From a virus: DNA of 64,000 nucleotides. This document shows, piece by piece, positions 39,161-49,875 of this stretch (within the stretch, counting starts at the first letter, position 1; each line of letters starts with the position of its first letter). The stretch lies in the IMG/VR virus record IMGVR_UViG_3300017917_003379. The stretch is one strand, 5' to 3'. Under the pieces are notes generated by a model. It was not told the DNA's origin, did no database searches, and saw nothing but the letters and a program-made list of their open reading frames with translations. The position numbers and the translations under genes were made by a program.

Positions 39161-40194
39161 AAATATTAGTTACAGGAGCGGGTGGATTAATAGGTTCTGA
39201 AGCAGTGGATCATTATTGTTACCAAGGACATAGTGTATACGGAATTGAAAATAACCAACGTCAAATATTCTTTGGGGAAAAAGGTAGTACGTTGTCTCGT
39301 CTTTCTCAATTAAAAGAAAAACATAATAACTTTACTAATTTTGAAATAGATATTAGAGACAAAGAAGTATTATTGTCTTTATTTAAACATATAAAGTTTG
39401 ACGTAATAATTCACACTGCTGCTCAACCATCACATGATAAAGCAGCCTCTATTCCCTTTGCTGATTTTGAAACAAATGCTAACGGTACTTTGCATTTGTT
39501 AGAAGCAGTTAGACAAACAAATAAGGATTGCATATTTGTTCATATGTCTACAAATAAAGTATATGGTGATAAACCAAATACATTAAATTTGATTGAACTA
39601 AATACTAGATATGAATATGCTGATCCTGAATATAAAGAAGGAATCAATGAGTTATTTTCAATTGATCAATCCAAACATTCTTTATTCGGCGCAAGCAAAG
39701 TAGCAGCAGACATAATGGTTCAGGAGTATGGACGTTATTTTAATATTCCAACTTGTATTTTGAGAGGAGGATGTTTAACTGGAGAAAACCATAGTGGAGT
39801 AGAATTACATGGTTTTTTAAATTATCTTGTAAAATGTAATATCCAAGAAATACAATATAATGTGTTTGGATACAAAGGCAAACAAGTAAGAGATAATATT
39901 CACTCATCAGATGTTGTACAATTTATAGATTTATTTATTGCTAATCCACGTGTTGCTGAAGTATATAATATAGGTGGAGGTAAAGATAATTCATGTTCTA
40001 TTCTAGAAGCATTTACTTTAGTAGAACAAATATCAGGTAAAAAAATGATCTATGAATATATAGATGAAAATAGAATAGGAGATCATATCTGTTATTATAG
40101 TGATTTATCTAAAATAAAAACTCATTATCCTCAATTTGGAATTACTAAAAATCTTAATTATATTATAGAAAACATTTATTTAAAATTAAAATGA
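39157..40194 (+). CDS. NAD-dependent sugar epimerase (CDP-paratose 2-epimerase-like)
   Basis: GAGGLIG, AAQPSHD, STNKVYG, FGASK, GKQVRDN. Confidence 0.88.
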   Translation: MKILVTGAGGLIGSEAVDHYCYQGHSVYGIENNQRQIFFGEKGSTLSRLSQLKEKHNNFTNFEIDIRDKEVLLSLFKHIKFDVIIHTAAQPSHDKAASIPFADFETNANGTLHLLEAVRQTNKDCIFVHMSTNKVYGDKPNTLNLIELNTRYEYADPEYKEGINELFSIDQSKHSLFGASKVAADIMVQEYGRYFNIPTCILRGGCLTGENHSGVELHGFLNYLVKCNIQEIQYNVFGYKGKQVRDNIHSSDVVQFIDLFIANPRVAEVYNIGGGKDNSCSILEAFTLVEQISGKKMIYEYIDENRIGDHICYYSDLSKIKTHYPQFGITKNLNYIIENIYLKLK

Positions 40195-40718
40195 GTAAAA
40201 GATACTTACATGTAGGATGTGGAAATGTTATTTTACCCCGCCCCTTTGAAAATCTAGACACCAGACCATTGGAAGGAGTAGATCATGTGTCGGAAGCATT
40301 TCCTCTTCCCTTTAACGACAATACATTTGATTTATTATATTCTTCTCATGTTCTAGAACATTTTGAAAAAGCTAAAACACAAGAAATAGTAAATGAATGG
40401 GTCCGCGTTATAAAACCTGGAGGTATTATTCGCTTATCAGTTCCTTCTTTAGAAAATCTTATTAAGATTTATCAAGTATCTGGTGATATAGAGTATATTA
40501 TAGGTCCGTTAATGGGCGGTCAAACGTACCTTCAAAATTTCCATTATAATATGTTCGATAAGAAAAAACTAACAGAATATTTAGAAAACGCTGGTTGTGA
40601 AGCTGTTCATCCTTGGGATTATAGAAGAACATCACATAGTAAATTTTTTGATTTTTCACAAGCAACTACTTGGGAAATTCCTATTAGTTTAAATTTAGAA
40701 GCTAGAAAATCATTGTGA
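40191..40718 (+). CDS. SAM-dependent methyltransferase (type 11)
   Basis: HVGCG, SHVLEH, RVIKPGG. Confidence 0.85.
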   Translation: MSKRYLHVGCGNVILPRPFENLDTRPLEGVDHVSEAFPLPFNDNTFDLLYSSHVLEHFEKAKTQEIVNEWVRVIKPGGIIRLSVPSLENLIKIYQVSGDIEYIIGPLMGGQTYLQNFHYNMFDKKKLTEYLENAGCEAVHPWDYRRTSHSKFFDFSQATTWEIPISLNLEARKSL

Positions 40719-41530
40719 TGAAAGTATTTGCTAAATTCTACGAATCAAAACAATTTATTGATATAGCTAATGAATTAAAATCAATAAAATGGTCATTATT
40801 TGTAGATGATATACCTACTTCTCAAGAAGACCTATCAGAACTAAATGTATTAGTATTATTAGAACCAAATGAATATTTCAAATTACATGATTGGGCTATA
40901 CAAAATAAACACTTATTTTCCTTAATATTAACATGGAGTGATAAAGTATTAAATAATTGTGAAAACGCAGTATTTTTACCTTTCGGAACTACTTGGCTTA
41001 ATAAAGAACAATATACTAGAAAATATGAAAAGAAGTTTCAAGTATCTCATGTTAGAGGACCCTTATTAAAAACCCAAGGACATGCTCTAAGATTTGAATA
41101 CCATGACAGAACCCCAGAATTAAAAATTTCTCATAAATCTTGGTTAACAGCAGGTATAAGAGAAAAAATAGAAACCTGTGCTGAGGCAAAAACGGAATTA
41201 TTTGGAGATGCTCAGTTCGGAGTGGTAATTGAAAATACCAGCCATAGAGGGTATTTTACTGAAAAAATAATGGAAATGTTTTTATTAAAAACAATTCCAG
41301 TATATTGGGGTTGTTCAAATATAGGAGATTTTTTTAATATAGAAGGGATTATTACATTCAATAATGTTGATGATTTAATATTCATTTTAAATAATTTAGA
41401 TGAAAATTATTATAGTTCAAAAATAAAAGTTATTGAAGAAAATTATAATGTAGCTATGAATTATTTAAGTGTTGAACATAATATTATAAATAAAGTAACA
41501 GAAATATTTAAATATAATAATTTAATATGA
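40718..41530 (+). CDS. GT10 (alpha-1,3-fucosyltransferase-like) glycosyltransferase
   Basis: IEN....GYFTEKI......IPVYWG. Confidence 0.8.
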   Translation: MKVFAKFYESKQFIDIANELKSIKWSLFVDDIPTSQEDLSELNVLVLLEPNEYFKLHDWAIQNKHLFSLILTWSDKVLNNCENAVFLPFGTTWLNKEQYTRKYEKKFQVSHVRGPLLKTQGHALRFEYHDRTPELKISHKSWLTAGIREKIETCAEAKTELFGDAQFGVVIENTSHRGYFTEKIMEMFLLKTIPVYWGCSNIGDFFNIEGIITFNNVDDLIFILNNLDENYYSSKIKVIEENYNVAMNYLSVEHNIINKVTEIFKYNNLI

Positions 41531-42078
41531 AACATTTTTATCAAGAACTAGGAGAAAACTGGTTTACATATCCTGGATTGTATTCAATGGTAGTAGAGAA
41601 ATTTCCTACTAATTCTCATTTTGTTGAAGTAGGAGTATGGAAAGGAATGAGTGCAGCTTATATGGCAGTTGAAATAATCAATTCAGGAAAAAATATTAAG
41701 TTTGATTGTGTAGATAACTGGGAATATATAGAAGAACAAAAGGAAATTCCAGAACATATGTTTGAAGGGCTATATGAAACTTTCTTAAAAAATATAGACC
41801 CAGTAAAGCATATAATAACACCTGTAAGAGAACTATCATGGGAAGGTGCTAAACATTATAAGGACAATTCATTAGATTTTATTTTTATTGATGCCGCTCA
41901 TGATTATGAAAGCGTAAAAAAAGATATTAATGCTTGGTTTCCTAAATTAAAAAAAGAAGGAATTATTGCCGGACATGATTATACGTGGTGTGATGATGTG
42001 AAGAGAGCAGTTAACGAATTTTTTGAAGGTAAGTCTATTTATGAAAATGAAGGATGTTGGATATATCCAAATGAATAG
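41527..42078 (+). CDS. Class I SAM methyltransferase (Methyltransf_24-like)
   Basis: EVGVWKG, FIDAAHDYE.V..D, GHDY. Confidence 0.87.
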   Translation: MKHFYQELGENWFTYPGLYSMVVEKFPTNSHFVEVGVWKGMSAAYMAVEIINSGKNIKFDCVDNWEYIEEQKEIPEHMFEGLYETFLKNIDPVKHIITPVRELSWEGAKHYKDNSLDFIFIDAAHDYESVKKDINAWFPKLKKEGIIAGHDYTWCDDVKRAVNEFFEGKSIYENEGCWIYPNE

Positions 42079-42081
42079 TAT

Positions 42082-42948
42082 ATGATTCAAATAGCAATAC
42101 ATGCATTGCCTCAAGAAATAGATAGATTAGAAGAAATTCTAATTCAACTAAAAAATAATTCTAACCATTTATTTTTAGAAAATAATATTATAGTTGATGT
42201 TATATTAAACCTTAATTTAGTTGAATGGAATAAATCTATCATACCAAAATCTTTTTTTATTAATAAATTTTACAATTTAGAAAAACTAACTCAGACATGG
42301 GCTAAAACTAAATTTGAAATTAATGAAGATGGTATAATACAAGGATGTGTTTCACATCGTAGAAAAATAACTAATGAAACACAAGCGGATGCTGTACTAT
42401 TACTTGATACAGATATAATATTTAGTCCAACTTTATTATTTCATTTATTTTGTTCGATTGATGTTTTAAAAAATATTACTCCATATTACATATTAACCCC
42501 ACAAATAACCCCAATGTGGGATAATAGTTGGGATGTAATAGTTAATGATCATTTTAAAAATGATGGTATTTACTTTCAAAATAGAGATTCATACAAGTAT
42601 GCTCAATGTTTAGGAGAAGTTAATTTAAAACCAATTAATCATTTTAAATTTGGAGGAGGATGGGCTACGTTAATTAGTACCCCATTACTTAAACATATTG
42701 GGATACCTGAATCTTTAGGACACTATGGTTTAGAAGACACATATATTATGTTATGCTCTCAAATAATGAAGCAAAAAGGAATGAATGTTACTCAATTTGT
42801 TCTTGAAAATGAAGTAATTTCTGAAGACCATTTATTTAGATTTAATCCATATAAAGATTACATATCAGTAATAGATAAAAGAGAAGAATTTAAACAAATA
42901 GCTCATAATAATTTTCAAAACGAAATAGATAAATTTAAGAAAAAATGA
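42082..42948 (+). CDS. GT-A fold glycosyltransferase-like protein
   Basis: LDTD (DxD), GHYGLEDT. Confidence 0.65.
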   Translation: MIQIAIHALPQEIDRLEEILIQLKNNSNHLFLENNIIVDVILNLNLVEWNKSIIPKSFFINKFYNLEKLTQTWAKTKFEINEDGIIQGCVSHRRKITNETQADAVLLLDTDIIFSPTLLFHLFCSIDVLKNITPYYILTPQITPMWDNSWDVIVNDHFKNDGIYFQNRDSYKYAQCLGEVNLKPINHFKFGGGWATLISTPLLKHIGIPESLGHYGLEDTYIMLCSQIMKQKGMNVTQFVLENEVISEDHLFRFNPYKDYISVIDKREEFKQIAHNNFQNEIDKFKKK

Positions 42949-43832
42949 AATATAATAGACCATTAGTATTTGGAGCAGCCGGAATGTTAGGAACTACACT
43001 TAAAAATGTAGCAGATGAAGTTAAATTTATTTTAACAGACAAAGATACAAGTACAGGATTAGAATTTTGTGATATACGAGATTTAACCTTAACTACTAAT
43101 ATAGTAAACAAATACAATCCTGATATAATTCTTAACTTTGCCGCTTTAGTTGATCTTGAATATTGCGAAACTGAAAAAGATGATTGTTATTTAACTAATA
43201 CTATAGCAGCTATACATCTATTTAATTTAGCCAAAGACAAAAATGTCCCTTATGTATTCATAAGTACTGCTGGTATATTCGGAAATGATAAAGAATTCTA
43301 TACAGAAGATGACCAACCTAAACCACTAAGTGCTTACGGTAAAAGCAAATATTACACTGAACAGTTACTTAAAAACCAAGGATATGAAAAATACTGGATT
43401 TTCAGAGCAGGATGGATGATGGGAGGGGGACCAGAAGTTGATAAAAAATTTGTAAATAAAATTATGAAGCAAATTAAAGCAGGATCAACAGAATTAAATG
43501 TTGTAGATGACAAACTAGGAGTACCCACCTATACTAAAGATTTTGCAAAATCTATTTTGAAACATATAGAAACGGATTTACCTTTTGGGCTATATAATAT
43601 GGTTAGTCAAGGAGAAGCAAGTAGATACGATACTGCTGTAGAAATAAATAACTATCTTGGGCTTAATTTAAAAATAAATAAAGTAGATAGTAATTTCTTT
43701 AAGGAAGAATATTTTGCTCAAAGACCCTTTTCTGAAAAATTAATTAATAAAGCATTAATAGATTTAAATAGAAACTATATGAGAGATTGGAAAGTATGTT
43801 TACATGAATATTTAGATGAATTTTATAAATAA
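42945..43832 (+). CDS. dTDP-4-dehydrorhamnose reductase-like SDR (RmlD family)
   Basis: GAAGMLG, NFAA, IST, YGKSK, PTY..D. Confidence 0.85.
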   Translation: MKYNRPLVFGAAGMLGTTLKNVADEVKFILTDKDTSTGLEFCDIRDLTLTTNIVNKYNPDIILNFAALVDLEYCETEKDDCYLTNTIAAIHLFNLAKDKNVPYVFISTAGIFGNDKEFYTEDDQPKPLSAYGKSKYYTEQLLKNQGYEKYWIFRAGWMMGGGPEVDKKFVNKIMKQIKAGSTELNVVDDKLGVPTYTKDFAKSILKHIETDLPFGLYNMVSQGEASRYDTAVEINNYLGLNLKINKVDSNFFKEEYFAQRPFSEKLINKALIDLNRNYMRDWKVCLHEYLDEFYK

Positions 43833-43839
43833 TACATAT

Positions 43840-44478
43840 ATGAAAAACGTATACGATATTACAGCAGAATTTGAAAAGCGCCTAGCAGAATACACAGGAG
43901 CTCCTTATGTAGTTACTCTTGACAATCAAAGCAATGGATTATTTTTAGCTTTAATGTATGAAAATGTCAAAGGAATAGAAATTGAAATTCCCTCTCGAAC
44001 ATATCCTTCAGTACCTTGTGAAATAATTCACGCCGGTGCTAAAGTTAAGTTTAAAGAAGTAAAAGGTAAAACAATTAAAGGAGCATATCAATTATCTCCT
44101 ACTAATGTTTGGGACAGTGCTTTACGTTTTACAGCAGACATGTATGTGCCTGGAACTCATATGTGTATTTCATTTACTGGCCCTTATAAGCATTTTAAAT
44201 TATCCAAAGGTGGAGCTATATTGACTGATAACTATGATGCATATCTGTGGTTTAAACGGGCCAGATATAGTGGACGTCGTGAATGTTCATACCATGAAGA
44301 TCATTTTGATATGTTAGGGTGGAACTTCTATATGATGCCTGAATTAGCAGCTAGAGGATTATTGTTAATGAATCAGTTTTATAATGGAGAAGGTAAACCA
44401 AAACATAATGATGATTTAGAACTACCATATCCGGATTTGTCTAAATTTGAAATATACACAAAAGCAAATAGAGAATAG
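43840..44478 (+). CDS. DegT/DnrJ/EryC1 family PLP aminotransferase (short form)
   Basis: FE..LAEY.G, TYPSV, DSA, SF...K..GGAILT, GWNFYM. Confidence 0.8.
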   Translation: MKNVYDITAEFEKRLAEYTGAPYVVTLDNQSNGLFLALMYENVKGIEIEIPSRTYPSVPCEIIHAGAKVKFKEVKGKTIKGAYQLSPTNVWDSALRFTADMYVPGTHMCISFTGPYKHFKLSKGGAILTDNYDAYLWFKRARYSGRRECSYHEDHFDMLGWNFYMMPELAARGLLLMNQFYNGEGKPKHNDDLELPYPDLSKFEIYTKANRE

Positions 44479-44501
44479 GCAAAATAGATTTGCTATATTT
44501 A
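44478..44501 (+). promoter_or_regulatory. Phage promoter inside the glycan island
   Basis: GGCAAAA-N9-TATATTTA upstream of ATG 44508. Confidence 0.55.
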
Positions 44502-44507
44502 AAAAAT

Positions 44508-45758
44508 ATGAAAAAAATATTAATTCTGGGAGCTAACCCAGAAACTATACCTCTTATAAAAACAGCGAAATCTATGGGGTTGTATACTATAGTTACAGAC
44601 CCCGATCCAAAGGCTCCTGCAAAAATTGAAGCGGACAGAGGAATCAATATTAATGGAATGGATGTAGAGGCGTTAGTGGATTTCAGTAGACAAGAAAAAA
44701 TAGATGGTATTTTGGTTGGTGTAGCAGATAGATTAATTGAACCCTATCAAAAAGTATGTGAAATTCTTAATTTACCATGCTATGGCAATAAACATCAATG
44801 TGAAGTCCTCACAAATAAAGGAAAATTTAATGATCTATGTAAAAAATATAATATTTCAACTATTCCTTCATTTTCTCTTTATAAAAAAGATATTAATGTA
44901 AATCTAGAAAATGTAATATATCCTGTTTTTATAAAACCCGTTGATAGAAATTCTGGAAAAGGAATGTCTATAGCGTATAATGAAACAGAATTAAGAGAAG
45001 GAATTGAGAAAGCTTTCAATAACACAAATGGTGATTATATCTTATTAGAAAGATATATGACATGTGAGGATATTTTGGTAAGTTACACTATTGTAGATGG
45101 TGAACCTATATTATCCGCCATAGCAGATAGATATACTTGTAAAGAACAAAATAAAACAAGTCAAGTATGTTTAGGAGCAGTTTATCCTTCAAATCTATTA
45201 AACGTTTATATGGATAAAGAGCATTCTAAAATGGTTAGAATGTTAAAAGGTATAGGTTTAAAAAATGCTATTCTTACAATATCGGCTTTTGTTGAAAATG
45301 ATAATTTTTATTATTATGATCCTGGATTTAGACTTCAAGGTGAAGCTCCTAATCTCCATATGGAAAACATAAATAAATTTGATCAAAAGAAGTTTTTAAT
45401 AGATATAGCTTTAAACAATAATTTAGTTGGTAAAAACGAAATAACTAAAGCTGATTTTCAAAATAAATATGCTGCTACTATTTGGGTTCTTCTAAAAAAA
45501 GGTACAATACATCAAATAACTGGGTTTGAAAAAATAGAAAAAGATCCTTCTGTGTTTCATATATCAAGACGTCTATTTGAAGGTGATATAGTTAATGAAG
45601 AAATGACAGGTACTGAAAGTCAAGTTATGGCTAGAATTTATATATGTTGTTCAACAAAGCAAAAATTAAAAGATAAAATACTAGAAATTCAAAATACAAT
45701 ACAGGTATTTGATAGTGAAGGTAACAATCAACTTTTTAATAAGTTTATTTTGAAATAA
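44508..45758 (+). CDS. ATP-grasp ligase
   Basis: KILILGA, NK, YPVFIKPVD.NSGKG, ERY. Confidence 0.85.
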   Translation: MKKILILGANPETIPLIKTAKSMGLYTIVTDPDPKAPAKIEADRGININGMDVEALVDFSRQEKIDGILVGVADRLIEPYQKVCEILNLPCYGNKHQCEVLTNKGKFNDLCKKYNISTIPSFSLYKKDINVNLENVIYPVFIKPVDRNSGKGMSIAYNETELREGIEKAFNNTNGDYILLERYMTCEDILVSYTIVDGEPILSAIADRYTCKEQNKTSQVCLGAVYPSNLLNVYMDKEHSKMVRMLKGIGLKNAILTISAFVENDNFYYYDPGFRLQGEAPNLHMENINKFDQKKFLIDIALNNNLVGKNEITKADFQNKYAATIWVLLKKGTIHQITGFEKIEKDPSVFHISRRLFEGDIVNEEMTGTESQVMARIYICCSTKQKLKDKILEIQNTIQVFDSEGNNQLFNKFILK

Positions 45759-45769
45759 AATATCTAAAT

Positions 45770-46528
45770 ATGAATAAAGAAACATTTGTTATAGCCGGAG
45801 GCACTAGAGGAGTAGCTAAACAAGTAGTAATTGAACTTGTTAAAATGGGAAATAATGTTGTTTTTGGTGATCTTGGTGACAACGGTAATGAAAAGGAATT
45901 TATAACTGAACTAAAAGAATATAAAGGTAATGCTTATTTTATTTTAACAGATGTAACAAAAATAACTGACTGTGAGCGTTTATTTAGAATTGCTTATGAA
46001 ATATTTGGTCGCATTGATGGATTTTTTAGCTATGCCGGAATTACACCTGCTCAATCTTTATTAGAATGTACTGAAGATGTACATGATGATATATTTAATG
46101 TAAATGTGAAAGGAGCATTATTTTGTTCTAAATATGCTGTAAAATATATGAAAGAAAATAATGGTGGATCAATAGTATTTACTGGTTCTCCACACTCGTG
46201 GGCAGGGGAATTTGATAGAGTTTCTTATGCTTGCTCAAAAGGAGCCATTGTTACTTTAGCAAATCATATAGCTAAAAATTATGGTAAACATAATATACGA
46301 TCCAATTACATAACAATGGGTTGGACACCCACAGAAGGAGAATTATCTTTAAGAGAAAGCCAAGGAATGTCTAAAGAAGAATTAAAAAAATATGCCTCAG
46401 AATTTATCCCTATGGGGCGCATGAATGAATATGATGATATTGTTCCTGCAATAATCTATTTATTATCTAACAAATCAAAAATGGTATCTGGATCTAATAT
46501 TAGAATTACAGGTGGTTGGTTTATGTAA
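45770..46528 (+). CDS. Classical SDR oxidoreductase
   Basis: GGTRGVA, GRID, YACSKG, MGR, GSNI.I.GG. Confidence 0.88.
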   Translation: MNKETFVIAGGTRGVAKQVVIELVKMGNNVVFGDLGDNGNEKEFITELKEYKGNAYFILTDVTKITDCERLFRIAYEIFGRIDGFFSYAGITPAQSLLECTEDVHDDIFNVNVKGALFCSKYAVKYMKENNGGSIVFTGSPHSWAGEFDRVSYACSKGAIVTLANHIAKNYGKHNIRSNYITMGWTPTEGELSLRESQGMSKEELKKYASEFIPMGRMNEYDDIVPAIIYLLSNKSKMVSGSNIRITGGWFM

Positions 46529-46538
46529 TTAAAAAGTT

Positions 46539-47747
46539 ATGAGTAATCCTTTAGTAAGTATAATAATTCCTATATATAATAGTGAAGCATTCCTGGATAA
46601 ATGTATCCAAAGTGCAAGAAATCAATCATATAAAAATTTAGAAATTATTCTTGTTAATGATGGTTCAACAGATACTTGTAAAGACATATGTGGGAGATAT
46701 GCTTCTATTGATAGTAGAATTAAACCTATTCATAAAACTAATGGAGGATTAGTAAGTTCTAGAAAAGCAGGACTTAAAGCATCAACAGGAGAATATGTTT
46801 TATACATTGATGGTGATGATTGGATTGAATCAGACACTATAGAACATTATGTATATCATGCTTTAAAATATAATGCTGATGTTGTTGTAGCTTCTCATAT
46901 AGTAAACCTAGAAGGAAGAAAAGACATTTTGTCTAACCACATCTCTTCAGGAATTTATAATAAGGGTGAACTCAAATCGATAGTCTATCCTAAAATGTTA
47001 TATACAGGAAAATTTTCTCAATTTGGGATATTTTCATATTCGTGGGGAAAATTATATAAAAAAGAAATATTATTAGAAAATCAATTAAACGTTGCTGAAG
47101 ATATAACTATTGGAGAGGACGCTTTATGTTTATATCCAACATTATTAGATGCTAATACTTTAGTTGTTTTAGAACAACCTTATTATCATTATAGACAAAG
47201 AGCAAATTCATTAATCAAAACTTTAAGAACAATTGAATTACCTAAAATGCAAAAAGTCTATAATAACCTTAAAAATATATTTTCAAATAAAGGTGTTCTA
47301 GACATAATGTTGCCTCAACTTCAATACTACATTTTAAGTTTATTAATAATCAATACAGAAGGTCCTAATCCAAACGATACAACAACATTATATCCTTTTA
47401 ATAATATTAGTCTTGAAAAGGACATAGTCATATATGGTGGAGGCACATTTGGGCAACATTTATATAAAAAAATATTAAAAAATAATAAATATGCCCTTCA
47501 AGCATGGGTAGATGAAAAACATAAACATTATTCTAAATTAAATCTACCAGTAACAGGTTTTAATAATATTAAATCTATTAAATACGATGCTATTTTAATA
47601 GCATTAATTGATGAGGATAACTCTAATATAGCTTTTTCTAAATTAATAGAGAATGGAGCCGACAAAGAAAAAATAATTCAACTTCCCTACTATAACCAAA
47701 AAGAAAATATACAAAATCTTTTATTAGAATATAAAATCAATTTATAA
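46539..47747 (+). CDS. GT2 glycosyltransferase with C-terminal Rossmann-like domain
   Basis: SIIIPIYN, VNDGSTD, IDGDD, GED, YRQR; YGGGTFG. Confidence 0.9.
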   Translation: MSNPLVSIIIPIYNSEAFLDKCIQSARNQSYKNLEIILVNDGSTDTCKDICGRYASIDSRIKPIHKTNGGLVSSRKAGLKASTGEYVLYIDGDDWIESDTIEHYVYHALKYNADVVVASHIVNLEGRKDILSNHISSGIYNKGELKSIVYPKMLYTGKFSQFGIFSYSWGKLYKKEILLENQLNVAEDITIGEDALCLYPTLLDANTLVVLEQPYYHYRQRANSLIKTLRTIELPKMQKVYNNLKNIFSNKGVLDIMLPQLQYYILSLLIINTEGPNPNDTTTLYPFNNISLEKDIVIYGGGTFGQHLYKKILKNNKYALQAWVDEKHKHYSKLNLPVTGFNNIKSIKYDAILIALIDEDNSNIAFSKLIENGADKEKIIQLPYYNQKENIQNLLLEYKINL

Positions 47748-47748
47748 T

Positions 47749-48567
47749 ATGGAATTAATCTTCTATGCTGGATCAAGTCTATTAGAAGGGCCCATTTGGG
47801 ATCCAAATAACAAATTAATATATTGCGTATCAATAGAACAAGGAATAATCTATCAGATTAATCCTAATTCAGGAAGAGTGCAATCTTATATTACTGATGG
47901 GAGTGTAGGATGTGTAGCTCTAATGGAAAATGGAAATCTTATATCTGCAGAAAAGGGAGGCATATATATTATTAACCCGGAAACAAGAGAAAAAACATAT
48001 TTAACTCAACTTGAATCAGATAATAATTTACGATATAATGATGGAAAATTAGACCCAGTAGGTAGATTTATTGTGGGAACTAAAAGTGAAAAAGATTATT
48101 TTATTGAAGAAACCGTTGTAAAAGGTAAATTATTTTCATATCATGATGGAGTTTACAAAGTATTACTAAATGATCTACTAATATCAAATGGAATTGGGTT
48201 TTCTCATGACAAAGAAAAAATGTATTTTATAGATAGCCCTACAAAGAAAGTAAATCAATATAAGTACGATATAAACACAGGAGAAATAACATTTGAAAAA
48301 CATATTATTGAAATTGACGGCAATGGTATCCCAGATGGAATGTGTGTTGATTTAGATGGAAATATATGGGTAGCAGAATGGGAAGGAGGGAGAGTTCGTA
48401 AGTGGGATGTTAATACTGGAAAGGTATTAGATGAAATAATAGTACCTTGCCCAAGAGTAACTTCATGCTGTTTAGGTGGAGAGGACTTTAAAGAGTTGTA
48501 TATTACAACAGCTAAAGATAACAGCAATAATCTTGGAGGTGCATTGTTCAGAAAAAAACTAAATTAA
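47749..48567 (+). CDS. SMP-30/gluconolactonase family lactonase
   Basis: EGP.W, RYNDG..DP.GR, SNG.GFS, PDGM.VD, VTSC..GG. Confidence 0.92.
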   Translation: MELIFYAGSSLLEGPIWDPNNKLIYCVSIEQGIIYQINPNSGRVQSYITDGSVGCVALMENGNLISAEKGGIYIINPETREKTYLTQLESDNNLRYNDGKLDPVGRFIVGTKSEKDYFIEETVVKGKLFSYHDGVYKVLLNDLLISNGIGFSHDKEKMYFIDSPTKKVNQYKYDINTGEITFEKHIIEIDGNGIPDGMCVDLDGNIWVAEWEGGRVRKWDVNTGKVLDEIIVPCPRVTSCCLGGEDFKELYITTAKDNSNNLGGALFRKKLN

Positions 48568-48570
48568 AAT

Positions 48571-49152
48571 ATGATTATCCCTTCTAAATTTGATAATGAT
48601 ACTTTTTCTCTCACTCGAGAACATCTTAATTTGTTCATTAACCGAGTAGCAAAAGAGTATGGGAGTGTAAATAAGAAATTACTTGAAATAGGACCTCAAG
48701 ATAGATCCGAAGTTAGAGTAGCATTCAATATGTGTAATATTGAAACTCTAGATTTAGTACCTGATTATAATCCTGATATTGTAGGTGATATTACAAAATA
48801 CAACTCTCATATACAAGATTCAACCTATGACATTATAACATGCTTAGAAATACTTGAACATACTATCAACCCGTTTTCAGCTATTGAAGAGCTTAGACGT
48901 ATAACAACAGATGGTGGATTAATATTGTTTTCAGCTCCATTAAATTGGAGAATACACGGTCCTGTTCCGGATTGTTGGAGATTTACTGAGTTTGGATGGA
49001 AAATACTATTAAAAGATTTTGATATTCTTGAAATAGATAAGTTAGAAACACCAGATAGAAATCTATTTCCGATTAAATACAATATATTAGCAAAATGCAA
49101 TAAATCAAAAAATATAGATGTTTATTCTATGAAATTTGAACCTCTAAAATAA
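48571..49152 (+). CDS. SAM-dependent methyltransferase
   Basis: LEIGP, GDI, EILEH, HGP..D.WRFT. Confidence 0.82.
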   Translation: MIIPSKFDNDTFSLTREHLNLFINRVAKEYGSVNKKLLEIGPQDRSEVRVAFNMCNIETLDLVPDYNPDIVGDITKYNSHIQDSTYDIITCLEILEHTINPFSAIEELRRITTDGGLILFSAPLNWRIHGPVPDCWRFTEFGWKILLKDFDILEIDKLETPDRNLFPIKYNILAKCNKSKNIDVYSMKFEPLK

Positions 49153-49158
49153 CAACTT

Positions 49159-49872
49159 ATGAAGTTACATATATTTTATTGTCACTATAATATAACAGGT
49201 ACAGACCATAAAGGTAGACCTCGTTGGTTTGATTACGAAAAATGTTTTATTAATCTTTTAAATACTATTGAAGGTAAAAATAATATAGAACTCCACGTGA
49301 TAATGGATGGTACTATTGAAAACAACTGGATAAGCAAATATAAAGATAAATACATTGCTCATGAAATTGTTACAACTCATGATATGGATTCTGTAACAAG
49401 GGGAGTATATCCTATTATAAGAAAAACAAAATGTAAAGATACAGATCTTGTCTATCTTTTAGAAAATGATTATTTACATGTTGATGATTGGGTAGATAAA
49501 ATTTTTGATATTTTTCAAACATTTGGGGGGTTAAATTATGTATCTTTATACGACCATGGAGATAAATACTGGCATCCTAACTATGATGATTTAGTGTCTA
49601 AAATATTTGCTTCTAATACACATCATTGGAGAACAATGATATCTACTTGTGGTAGTTATGTTACAACTAAAAAAATATTCGATGAAGATTTTGATGATCA
49701 TACTGGGGTTACAATTCCTATAGGTGATCACCATAAATGGGTATTTTTAAATGAAACTAAAGGTAGATTTATTTTAACGCCTGTTCCTGGTTTATCTACC
49801 CATTGTATGGAAGCTTTCTTATCACCTACTATAGATTGGGAAAAAATAAATAATAAAACAAAAACAAATTAA
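49159..49872 (+). CDS. GT-A fold glycosyltransferase-like protein
   Basis: YLLENDYLH, LYDH.DKY, PGLSTH. Confidence 0.7.
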   Translation: MKLHIFYCHYNITGTDHKGRPRWFDYEKCFINLLNTIEGKNNIELHVIMDGTIENNWISKYKDKYIAHEIVTTHDMDSVTRGVYPIIRKTKCKDTDLVYLLENDYLHVDDWVDKIFDIFQTFGGLNYVSLYDHGDKYWHPNYDDLVSKIFASNTHHWRTMISTCGSYVTTKKIFDEDFDDHTGVTIPIGDHHKWVFLNETKGRFILTPVPGLSTHCMEAFLSPTIDWEKINNKTKTN

Positions 49873-49875
49873 AAT

